Notes: generated from the letters alone by a model not told the origin. A DNA stretch of 64,000 nt from Gammaproteobacteria bacterium (GCA_026710545.1 JAPOQU010000076.1:6787-70786), one strand, 5' to 3'. Shown: positions 31,383-39,064, numbered from the stretch's first letter. Translations and numbers: made by a program.

Positions 31383-31837
31383 TGCATATCACTCCGAAGT
31401 TTACTAAGCAACGAGAGGTGAACGATTTGATTGATTTCAATACTGCAATTAAAGAAGATCCTGAAGGTGCACGCAAAACGATGGCCGAATTTACTGGTGA
31501 TGACCTGCTGACTATCAGAAAACAGCTACATCACCTTCCAGAAACCTTGATGGAAAACGAACAGGTATTGGTTTTTTGTTACGGGTATACGGACTGGAAA
31601 AATGGTCTTTTGGTACTCACAGACAGGCGCATCATGTTTCTATGCAAAGGCATGCTTGCGTCAAAGCTAACATCAATACCGATTGCTAGAATAAATTCAC
31701 TGTCGGGCGAAACGGGGATGGTTCTTGGGAAAATAATTATCAATGAGGGCAGCTCATCAATCACCATAAAAAATGTCCACAAAAAAGCAGTTAATTATTT
31801 TGTTAAAAAATTTCAAGAATTTGCTGATATATCCTGA
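31382..31837 (+). CDS. Bacterial PH-domain (YokE-like) protein (gene 3)
   Basis: Start overlaps the gene 2 stop by 1 nt. GLLVLTDRRIMFL...GKIIINEGSSSITIKNV matches the bacterial PH pattern as I remember it. Confidence 0.55.
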   Translation: MHITPKFTKQREVNDLIDFNTAIKEDPEGARKTMAEFTGDDLLTIRKQLHHLPETLMENEQVLVFCYGYTDWKNGLLVLTDRRIMFLCKGMLASKLTSIPIARINSLSGETGMVLGKIIINEGSSSITIKNVHKKAVNYFVKKFQEFADIS

Positions 31838-32106
31838 CCTGTTTTGATAACGATGCGGCCACGAATGCTGGACTAACCATAGTTGACAGCGCTCCCATAT
31901 CTTCTGCAACACATGAAGATGAAATCACACCTATCTATGCTGGCGTAATTAACATTCCTCACGTAAATCTGTTGGTAAACGCGAACCAAGCTTATGGGGT
32001 GAATCTTAAGTCTCAGGGCCTGATAGCACTGATCGGGCGAGATATATTGGCCAACGCTGTATTAGTATATAATGGGCCGAACGGGTCATTTTCTTTGTCC
32101 ATTTAA
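31828..32106 (+). pseudogene. Start-less ORF, possible 3' remnant of a retropepsin-like aspartic protease gene
   Basis: 92 open codons with no ATG/GTG/TTG near the 5' end. Ends ...GLIALIGRDILANAVLVYNGPNGSFSLSI*, resembling the C-terminal LLGxDxL...D..G.L.L of clan AA proteases. No DTG motif present. Confidence 0.25.
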
Positions 32107-32168
32107 TCGACCAGACTTAGATTGTGCTCAGTTTGACAAAAAGCCACCCCGCGCCTAAGAGGGGTTTC

Positions 32169-32360
32169 TTATGATGGGTTATTCAATTTAATCAAACTGT
32201 CTGGCATACGAATAACTTGAGTTTCGTACAAACCCTTTTTATTGATTAAAGCGACCACAATAATCCCATCATCCCTAACTTTGGTTACAGTCATCTGATT
32301 TTCAGGATGGCTTGGCAGGACGACGACATCGCCCACTTCAAATTTTTGTTTATCGCTCAT
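32169..32360 (-). CDS. Small DUF2158-like protein
   Basis: 63 aa. KFEVGDVVVLPSHPENQMTVTKV resembles the YodC/DUF2158 pattern. The match is weak. Confidence 0.4.
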   Translation of the reverse strand: MSDKQKFEVGDVVVLPSHPENQMTVTKVRDDGIIVVALINKKGLYETQVIRMPDSLIKLNNPS

Positions 32361-32420
32361 CTTTTATCTCTCTTTTCTGTTTTTGTGTTGGGCTATCCTG
32401 CACCTGATTTATAAAGAATC

Positions 32421-32466
32421 AAAAGTCTGGCCTCACTCCGCGCAAACGAAGTGAGGCCAGACTTTT
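32421..32466 (-). terminator. Perfect 17-bp stem hairpin downstream of the IS1595 remnant
   Basis: AAAAGTCTGGCCTCACT (32421-32437) pairs with AGTGAGGCCAGACTTTT (32450-32466). Followed by a T-rich tract on the minus strand. Could alternatively be an IS terminus. Confidence 0.55.
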
Positions 32467-32473
32467 GACTCCT

Positions 32474-32850
32474 TTAAGAAACCAGATCCCTATAAGGCAC
32501 TCTTTTTCCTCCCATCCTTGAGATAACTGCCGTGATCCGGTCGATGGTATCAACTTCGCAGTTCCCCTCATTCAGGCGGAAGGTAGCTTCATCGACATAC
32601 CGTTGCAGGTGCTTGCGGGATACGTGATGCCATGTTCCCGTGATAGACCGTTTGAGTACCGCCCATACAGACTCGATGCTGTTAGTGTGGATCGGCCCGC
32701 GCACATACTCCCCTGCGCCGTGTGCGACAGTCTCATGCTTGCGGAGCACGTCACCAAGTACCTTGTATGCCTTTGCTTCGTCTGTGTAAAGGGTTGAACT
32801 CAGGTTGACCTTCATAGCCGCGAACTTGATGACTGAACGGCTGTCCTCGC
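32474..32850 (-). pseudogene. IS1595-family (ISXO2-like) transposase, C-terminal third only
   Basis: ...STLYTDEAKAYKVLG...HETVAHGAGEYVRGPIHTNSIESVWAVLKRSITGTWHHVSRKHLQRYVDEATFRLN. The frame opens right after a TAG at ~32851. The N-terminal two-thirds are absent. Confidence 0.7.
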
Positions 32851-32852
32851 CT

Positions 32853-33479
32853 TCACTTCCCTACTCCATACACGAACAAAGCAGCTATCCCTGGATACCC
32901 ACTTCTAAAGTACCGACACAACGCAAGAGGTAAAATATCGATATCTGACCTTTTGAGGTTTTTTTTCTTATTACAACGCTCACTATATGTCATTGGGTCC
33001 ATTGAAAACAACCAGAGGGTTTGAAGATCATCAGGACACGCCAATATTCCCTCTGAGTGTATTTCCTTGCGCCATGACGCGCGGGCTGTTTTGACGTTCG
33101 TATTGAGCCATGCCTCAGAAAGACACTTATGTTTCTTGCTGCATATTTCCGTAATTCCACCAGATAAATTTTCTGCTCCGATTGCTGCCCTCAACAACTC
33201 AGCGGAGTTGGGGTAGCATGTTTTTGACGCCCCTGTTTCCCGGTATGCCTTCACCACGGCAGGATCTTCGACTTGCGGCTTGTTGTTTGCATCCGCCAAC
33301 TTTCTCAAAAGAAGTTCACGGCATGTGCCCGTCTTCTGTTCTTCAAACGGTTCAAATGGCCTCATCCCATGCGTAAGCGCAATATGTAGCCTGCCCGCCG
33401 CATCCATTTCAGCAAGACGTACTGCTGCCTCAACTTCGATACAGTGTTGCAGATAATTTCCGTCGTTCCCCTTTGCCAT
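32853..33479 (-). CDS. RlmJ-like (N6-adenine methyltransferase fold) protein, probably 3'-truncated
   Basis: 208 aa. GNDGNYLQHCIE...LHIALTHG aligns by eye with GNHADVLKH...LYLDTHAG in E. coli RlmJ. FSMDPMTYSE aligns with LIDPSYE, and GIAALFVYGV with GIYALWYPV. The ORF ends at the junction with the IS remnant. Confidence 0.4.
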   Translation of the reverse strand: MAKGNDGNYLQHCIEVEAAVRLAEMDAAGRLHIALTHGMRPFEPFEEQKTGTCRELLLRKLADANNKPQVEDPAVVKAYRETGASKTCYPNSAELLRAAIGAENLSGGITEICSKKHKCLSEAWLNTNVKTARASWRKEIHSEGILACPDDLQTLWLFSMDPMTYSERCNKKKNLKRSDIDILPLALCRYFRSGYPGIAALFVYGVGK

Positions 33480-33578
33480 GAGTTCAGTTTCCTGCCTTCC
33501 GGTAATGAATGAACCGGCTTAAGATTTATTGTTAACAAATGATAACAAAGCAATATCAGACACAAACAGACTATTTTT
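33344..33578. repeat. Direct repeat copy A (~235 bp: 5' 46 codons plus upstream region of the RlmJ-like gene)
   Basis: Aligned by eye to 37284-37518. About 5 mismatches in the first ~207 bp, with weaker similarity over the last ~28 bp. Confidence 0.85.
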
Positions 33579-33583
33579 GGAAA

Positions 33584-33627
33584 GAGTTCCAGGAGTTCCA
33601 GGGACACCAGGAGTTCCAGGGACACAA
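33584..33627. repeat. Tandem GGAGTTCCAGGGACAC(C/A)A units (18 bp x2 plus a partial unit)
   Basis: Read directly. The complementary arm GTCCCCGGAACT lies ~180 bp away at 33808-33819. A compact version of the same element is at 38247-38302. Confidence 0.7.
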
Positions 33628-33974
33628 AACTAAATTATGGAGTAATGCCACATGGCAGGGCCGGCAAGGAAAGGATTTTGCAGTCCATGAGCGCACGGGC
33701 AGACCCTTGGTGGATGAAGGATTCATTAACAGGATTTAAAGCGCGTTGGGTCGGCTGGTTAAACAGAAAAACGGGGGCCGAAACGACGGCAGGAGAATTG
33801 AGTATATGTCCCCGGAACTGCCCAACATCATGCGTACAGGCAAGGCATTTTTTATTCCTCTGTTTTTTCCCGTTTTCTAAAGCGGGATTGGAGAAAATAG
33901 TCTATAATCAAGGCGGTTTCTATTTTTGTTATTATAATTGCATTTTGTAAACTAATAGAAAACGAGAGATACCT

Positions 33975-35048
33975 ATGATAGGACAAAAACTTAAGTTAGC
34001 CAGAAAAGCTGCCGGCCTGTCACTAAGGCAGTTACAAGATAAAATTGGAAACCGTGTAACCGCACAAGCCATAGGAAAGTATGAGCGAAATGAATCCGTT
34101 CCAAGTTCACCGGTATTAATTGCATTAGCTGAGGCTTTGGCTGTATCCGTTGATTACCTGCTGGGTGATCAGGATTTATCCCTCGACAGAGTGGAATTTC
34201 GCAAGAAATCCGTGCTAAGCCGTAAAGAAAAAGCCCGTTTGGAGGCAAAAACCATTGATCGACTGGAACGCTATTTGCTTGTAGAAGAGTTGCTGGGCCT
34301 GCAAAGTATCGAGTGGGACCGTCCTCTGGGCGCGCCCTACGCTGTCACGGTTCCGTCCGAAGCCGAAACGGTAGCCATTCGTACACGAGAACACTGGGGT
34401 TTGGGAACGGACCCTATCCCTGACCTGGCCGAATTAGCGGAGGAGCGGGGGATCAAGGTACTGTCATTGCAGTTTGAAGATCACGTTGATGGTTTAACAG
34501 CAGATGTGTATCGTCCGGATAAACCTCCCCTGCCTGTTATCATGGTAAATGCCAGGCATTGGGGTGAACGACAACGCTTCACGCTCGCCCATGAACTTGG
34601 TCATATTCTTATGCAACCACTTGACGACAAAAATGCTACAGAACGATCAGCTCATCGTTTTGCCGGCGCCTTTCTGATGCCGGCGGAAGCGCTCTGGGCG
34701 GAAATTGGTATGCACCGTACCTCATTCGGCATGGGCGAGTTGGTACAATTGAAAAAGGTATTTCGTGTAAGTCTTCAGGCCTTGACGTATCGCTTTCTTG
34801 ACCTGGGAATTATCACGCGATCAGTTTTCAAAGAAATGTTTGGGTATTTCTCACAGCAAAATTATCGTACACCGCCTTATAAAGAGCCGGGGGCGTTACC
34901 TCCCGACAGCGAAGAACCATTACGCTTTCAGCGGTTATGCTTTCGCGCACTGGCGGAAGAGGCAATTTCAGAAGCGAAATGCGCAGAGTTGCTCGGTATC
35001 TCTGCACGTCAACTGCAGCAGGAAATGGGAGAATCACAATCAGTCTGA
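33975..35048 (+). CDS. XRE-family HTH fused to an ImmA/IrrE (COG2856) metallopeptidase domain
   Basis: The N-terminus LKLARKAAGLSLRQLQDKIGNRVTAQAIGKYERNE is an HTH. FTLAHELGHILM supplies the HExxH motif. Confidence 0.85.
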   Translation: MIGQKLKLARKAAGLSLRQLQDKIGNRVTAQAIGKYERNESVPSSPVLIALAEALAVSVDYLLGDQDLSLDRVEFRKKSVLSRKEKARLEAKTIDRLERYLLVEELLGLQSIEWDRPLGAPYAVTVPSEAETVAIRTREHWGLGTDPIPDLAELAEERGIKVLSLQFEDHVDGLTADVYRPDKPPLPVIMVNARHWGERQRFTLAHELGHILMQPLDDKNATERSAHRFAGAFLMPAEALWAEIGMHRTSFGMGELVQLKKVFRVSLQALTYRFLDLGIITRSVFKEMFGYFSQQNYRTPPYKEPGALPPDSEEPLRFQRLCFRALAEEAISEAKCAELLGISARQLQQEMGESQSV

Positions 35049-35073
35049 AGCAGGCTATGTGGGGTAAAGGATT

Positions 35074-35577
35074 TTGCAAGTATTTGTATCGGACACTTCG
35101 GTAATAATTGATCTGAATCGTGGAGGACTACTTGAACAGGTTTTTACATTGCCGTATGAATTTGTGGTCCCTGATGTACTCTATAAACGTGAACTGGAAA
35201 ATTATGAGGGACCGCGATTACGGGAATTAGGGCTTCGAGTCGAACCGTTAAATAACCGGGAAGTCGAAGCAGCAATCCGGTTCAGACAACACCAGCCAAA
35301 ATTAAGCGTGCCGGATAGCTTTGCATTATCACTTGCAAAATCCAGACAATGGGTATTGTTATCAGGCGATGCAGATTTACGCGATATGGCTTCACGAGAA
35401 ATCATAGAATGTCATGGTGTACTCTGGTTGTTTGATCAAATGGAATTAAACCGGACTATTGCCATCAGAGATCTAAAGCGAGCATTAAATGCCATCGTAG
35501 AGCACCCACGCTGCCGTCTGCCTCGAACGGAAGTCAGACTGCGGCAACAACATTACAAAAAAATTACACGTGCATAG
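35074..35577 (+). CDS. PIN-like nuclease domain protein (candidate toxin partner of XRE-ImmA)
   Basis: TTG start. VFVSDTSVIIDL..., SVPDSFALSLAK and LLSGDADLR place acidic residues at PIN-like spacing. Confidence 0.55.
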   Translation: MQVFVSDTSVIIDLNRGGLLEQVFTLPYEFVVPDVLYKRELENYEGPRLRELGLRVEPLNNREVEAAIRFRQHQPKLSVPDSFALSLAKSRQWVLLSGDADLRDMASREIIECHGVLWLFDQMELNRTIAIRDLKRALNAIVEHPRCRLPRTEVRLRQQHYKKITRA

Positions 35578-35587
35578 ATGAAGAGAT

Positions 35588-35815
35588 ATGAATCAGAAGG
35601 CTGATACTAATGACATGAGACCGGAGTACGATTTTTCCGGAGGTATACGTGGGAAACATTACAAAGCTTATCAGGAAGATACAAATGTAGTTCTACTGGA
35701 CCCCGAGGTGGCCCGAGTGTTCAGTGATTCTGCATCTGTCAATCAAGCTTTACGTATGCTGATTGACCTGGCAGATGAAGTAATGCAGAAAAATCCAACA
35801 GGTGATTCCAGATAA
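35588..35815 (+). CDS. Small antitoxin-like protein (EYDFSGGIRGKHY...VLLDPEVARVF...VNQALRMLI pattern)
   Basis: 75 aa. The pattern recalls small antitoxin-like proteins usually paired with BrnT/DUF4258-type toxins. No such partner is present here. Confidence 0.4.
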   Translation: MNQKADTNDMRPEYDFSGGIRGKHYKAYQEDTNVVLLDPEVARVFSDSASVNQALRMLIDLADEVMQKNPTGDSR

Positions 35816-35891
35816 TCAACGAGGAGTGAGACGTTAATCAAGATTGCAAAAAATTGAATCACTTGCTCGCCCGTCAGACGAGGCATTCTGG

Positions 35892-36116
35892 TCATACGGC
35901 TAATCTTTGGATGCCGACTAACTCAAGCGGGCTATGATCGGAGACATTCTCGACTTCAAGCCACAGTGCAATGGCCTCTTCCATTCTCTCCATCAACTGG
36001 TCAACCGACTTGGCCTGAGTGTGACATCCCGGTAACGCGGGAATGCTACCTACAAAGTAACCATCTTCATCTTTCTCGATGATAATCGTATATACATCTT
36101 TCATTGCCGTTCTCAT
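35892..36116 (-). CDS. hicB: HicB-family (UPF0150) antitoxin, short form
   Basis: YTIIIEKDEDGYFVGSIPALPGCHTQAKSVDQLMERMEEAIALWLE. Confidence 0.8.
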   Translation of the reverse strand: MRTAMKDVYTIIIEKDEDGYFVGSIPALPGCHTQAKSVDQLMERMEEAIALWLEVENVSDHSPLELVGIQRLAV

Positions 36117-36127
36117 CTTATAAAGCG

Positions 36128-36316
36128 TTACAGGTGAAGCATATCAAAATCCGGCCTCGGACAGACTGGCGCCAATTCCCTCTCCACGGGTTCGTTAATC
36201 ACGAGCGCCCACTTGTTATCTTTTTCGTGCTCATACAGCTCGCCAAATGCTTCAGACATCGGTTCGATAGAGGCAGAGATGGGGTCAGGTCGCACATGGC
36301 ACATACAAAGAAACAA
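36128..36316 (-). CDS. Small ORF in the hicA position but without HicA motifs
   Basis: 62 aa (43 aa from an internal ATG at 36259), ending 11 nt upstream of hicB. No GSH/dsRBD-like HicA pattern is visible. Confidence 0.2.
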   Translation of the reverse strand: MFLCMCHVRPDPISASIEPMSEAFGELYEHEKDNKWALVINEPVERELAPVCPRPDFDMLHL

Positions 36317-36447
36317 CTGAGACCCTCAATCAGAGATACGTTTTATGGTAGCATAATGTGCGTTTTATATCGTACAGCCCGAAGTATTCACAGCCTGATG
36401 GCTTACCTCTTGGCCAGGCCTCCCGAGCAGAACATTAGAAAAGCGGC

Positions 36448-37254
36448 ATGAAACTGGTAGAAGTGGGAAACAATCACTGGAGTTTTGAAAACCCGGCCAT
36501 ATCCGATGAGACCCATGAAAAACTGGACCTGGCATTGGATACCTGGGACGCGGGTCATGTTGAACGTGTGGAGATAATGCTGCGCGCTATCGTGGCAGAG
36601 TGTCCCAGCCATATTAATGCGCTCCATCATCTGTCGCTTATCTGCGACGAGCAAGCCAGAGCATTGGATGCTTACGTTTTTTGTCAAGCTGCTGTCAGTA
36701 TCGGACTGCAAGCGATTCCTGATAAATTCAAATGGGAACTTTCGAGATTAGATTGGGGCATGTTGAATAACCGTCCATTTATGAGGGCATACCATAACCT
36801 CGGTTTGTGACACCTCAATGCCGGCAGGTACGATGATGCCATCGAGATTTTCGGGAGACTCTTGTCCGTTAATCCCAATGACAACCAGGGCGTCCGGCAC
36901 CTGCTGCCGATATGTTGGTTCGAGAAAAACGACTTGGCGGCAATTCTCGATCTTTGCCGTGCCTATCCGGGTGACTACGCCCCCGAAATTCTCTATACCC
37001 AGGCATTGGCGCTTGTACGCCTGGGTCGAGACAAGGATGCGTTGGCGGCCCTGAAGAATTGTGTTGCAGCTCTGCCATTGGTCGGCAAGGAATTGTTGAA
37101 GAAGAGACATCCGAGACCGAAATCCTGGACAGAAGGTTATATTACTCTTGGAGGCCCTGATCAGGCTTATGATTATTGGCGAGAATATGGCAAATACTGG
37201 TCTGCCTCGGCATCCGCCATGGAATTGTTACGGCAAGTCGTGAAACCCCGTTAG
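36448..37254 (+). pseudogene. TPR-repeat protein interrupted by one in-frame TGA (36808-36810)
   Basis: ORFs 36448-36810 and 36862-37254 share a frame. Read-through gives AYHNLGL*HLNAGRYDDAIEIFGRLLSVNPNDNQG, a continuous TPR motif with the stop where Trp (TGG) fits. Confidence 0.7.
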
Positions 37255-37283
37255 TTTGTATGGATGTCCCCTTGATATATCTC

Positions 37284-37518
37284 TCAAACGGTTCAAATGG
37301 CCTCATCCCATGCGTAAGCGCAATATGGAGCCTCCCCGCCGCATCCATTTCAGCGAGACGTACTGCTGCCTCAACTTCGATACAGTGTTGCAGATAATTT
37401 CCGTCGTTCCCCTTTGCCATGAGTTCAGTTTCCTGCCTTCCGGTAATGAGTGAACCGGCTTAAGATTTATTGTTAACAAATGATAACAAAACAGTGTCAG
37501 GAACAAACCGACTGTTTT
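37284..37518. repeat. Direct repeat copy B (includes a truncated 46-codon copy of the RlmJ-like gene, 37284-37420 minus strand)
   Basis: ORF 37142-37420 begins MAKGNDGNYLQHCIEVEAAVRLAEMDAAGRLHIALTHGMRPFEPFE, identical to the 32853-33479 product, then diverges. Confidence 0.85.
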
Positions 37519-37607
37519 TACTATTTGTGCAGCTTCTACCTGGTCCGGAATATGGCGGCATTTTCGATGTAACGCGACCGGTACCCTCCGGGAATAACAA
37601 CTATTAT

Positions 37608-37811
37608 TCACTCGTCAAACAGGTCGGAGTGTCTGCCCGTTCGTTCAAAACGCACTTCGTCGCCGTCAATCTTGTAAATCAGCAACCAATCCGGCTCGAT
37701 GTGAGCATCCCGGAAGCTGCGCCACCGACCCTTAAGCGGATGGTCTTTGTAGTGCGGGGACAAGGGCTTTTCATCGATCAACAGGCGCATTAGCTCCTTG
37801 ATCTTCTCCAT
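37608..37811 (-). CDS. yafQ: YafQ/RelE-family toxin, apparently lacking its native start
   Basis: LMRLLIDEKPLSPHYKDHPLKGRWRSFRDAHIEPDWLLIYKIDGDEVRFERTGRHSDLF. The same frame stays open upstream to 37886 and encodes family-conserved YFPVCSGQFKRDLKAARKRGKD, but has no start codon. Confidence 0.7.
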   Translation of the reverse strand: MEKIKELMRLLIDEKPLSPHYKDHPLKGRWRSFRDAHIEPDWLLIYKIDGDEVRFERTGRHSDLFDE

Positions 37812-37837
37812 GTCCTTGCCGCGCTTCCGGGCTGCTT

Positions 37838-38131
37838 TCAGGTCGCGTTTGAACTGGCCGGAACAGACCGGGAAATACCCAGGTCTTTAAACAGGGCTTC
37901 GGCGTCTTCAGCACGGTGTAAATCCTCGCCGCGCTCACTCCTGGCAAGGGTTTCAGCGGTTAGCCGGTTGGGCACTCGCATTTCAAACGGCAGTCCCTGT
38001 TCGCTCACCACCTTGGCAAGTCCAATACGTACGAAATCGGACACGGTAAGCCCCATGGTGGCCAATATCGCGGCGGCCTCCTCTTTCAGGCGCTCATCAA
38101 CTCGAGCGCGTACAACCTCAGTTGCTGCCAT
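37838..38131 (-). CDS. dinJ: RelB/DinJ-family antitoxin
   Basis: VRARVDERLKEEAAAILATMGLTVSDFVRIGLAKVVSEQGLPFEMRVPN. Confidence 0.8.
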   Translation of the reverse strand: MAATEVVRARVDERLKEEAAAILATMGLTVSDFVRIGLAKVVSEQGLPFEMRVPNRLTAETLARSERGEDLHRAEDAEALFKDLGISRSVPASSNAT

Positions 38132-38161
38132 GGATCATTCTCCTGCTTGTTGTTTGACTCT

Positions 38162-38191
38162 GATAGTGTAGCCCAAATGGGCCACACTATC
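38162..38191. promoter_or_regulatory. 30-bp near-perfect palindrome, candidate DinJ-YafQ operator
   Basis: GATAGTGTAGCCCAAATGGGCCACACTATC, arms 13/14 complementary, ~30 nt upstream of the dinJ start. Confidence 0.45.
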
Positions 38192-38246
38192 AAGCCCAAG
38201 TATTTTCCAATATGAAATGAGCCTGAAGGGGTCGGGTCAGACATAA

Positions 38247-38302
38247 GAGTTCCAGGGACCAAAACGACGGCAGGAGAATTGAGTATCGTGTCCCCGGAAC
38301 TC
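38247..38302. repeat. Compact hairpin element GAGTTCCAGGGAC-N30-GTCCCCGGAACTC
   Basis: The segment aaacgacggcaggagaattgagtat..gtccccggaact is shared with 33781-33819 (2 mismatches). Confidence 0.75.
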
Positions 38303-38333
38303 CATGGCGTCAGCGTTGCAGGATTCATCGTAA

Positions 38334-39038
38334 TTACTCCTCCTGCTCTTCCATTCTCGCCTTCGATAATGCAGACGCCAGCAGTGCTGCCGGAACCGCG
38401 ACAATCCCAAGGCCAATCATTAAAACGAAAAAAGTAAAAATTTTTCCGCCTGCCGTTATGGGATAAATGTCGCCATAACCTACCGTCGACAGGGTGGATA
38501 CCGCCCACCACAGGCTATGGATAACGCTTTTGAACGCCTCCGGCTGGGCTAGATGTTCGAAATAGTAGATGCCGACGGCCGACAGGTACAGGAGCATTGC
38601 AGTTACCACGCTGAATAAAACAATTTCTTCCTTTGCAATGACAAACGCACGCGCAAACCTGTGCATGGCCCTGCCGAAACGGAGCAGTTTCAGCAGCCGA
38701 AAGAGCCGAAACATTCGGAATACCCGTAACGAGCGCAGGTCTATGCCGGATGAAATGTAAAACGGCAGGATCGCCAACAAATCGATGATGCCATAAAAAC
38801 TCAGAACATAACCGAGTTTCCTGTCCGCTACATACAAGCGAAGCAAATATTCCAGGGTAAATATTATTACAATGACTACTTCTGTCGCATGAAGAATTTT
38901 TCTGGTATCGGCTTCAAGGTCCGGTAACGTTTCTATGGTGAACGTGACGATAGAGAACAAAATCAACGACTGCATAACCAAGTCGAAGGCACGGCCCGGC
39001 ACCGTATCGTTTCTCTCAACTATTGCCTTTATATCCAT
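38334..39038 (-). CDS. Minimal 6-TM voltage-sensor-type potassium channel
   Basis: 234 aa. S4-like LRVFRMFRLFRLLKLLRFGR and selectivity filter TVGYGD. No cytoplasmic regulatory domain. Confidence 0.85.
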   Translation of the reverse strand: MDIKAIVERNDTVPGRAFDLVMQSLILFSIVTFTIETLPDLEADTRKILHATEVVIVIIFTLEYLLRLYVADRKLGYVLSFYGIIDLLAILPFYISSGIDLRSLRVFRMFRLFRLLKLLRFGRAMHRFARAFVIAKEEIVLFSVVTAMLLYLSAVGIYYFEHLAQPEAFKSVIHSLWWAVSTLSTVGYGDIYPITAGGKIFTFFVLMIGLGIVAVPAALLASALSKARMEEQEE

Positions 39039-39064
39039 AACGGGTCATTTTTCAGCTTTCACAT

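Noticed and set aside
33592-33627. Possible CRISPR array (also considered for the tandem repeats at 49501-49602)
   Set aside because: There are only two to three directly abutting units and no spacers. No regularly spaced repeat array or cas gene occurs anywhere in the window.
36808-36810. Selenocysteine or programmed read-through at the in-frame TGA of the TPR gene
   Set aside because: No SECIS-like hairpin follows. The position is a structural Trp/hydrophobic position of a TPR helix, not a redox site. A TGG to TGA mutation or sequencing error is simpler.
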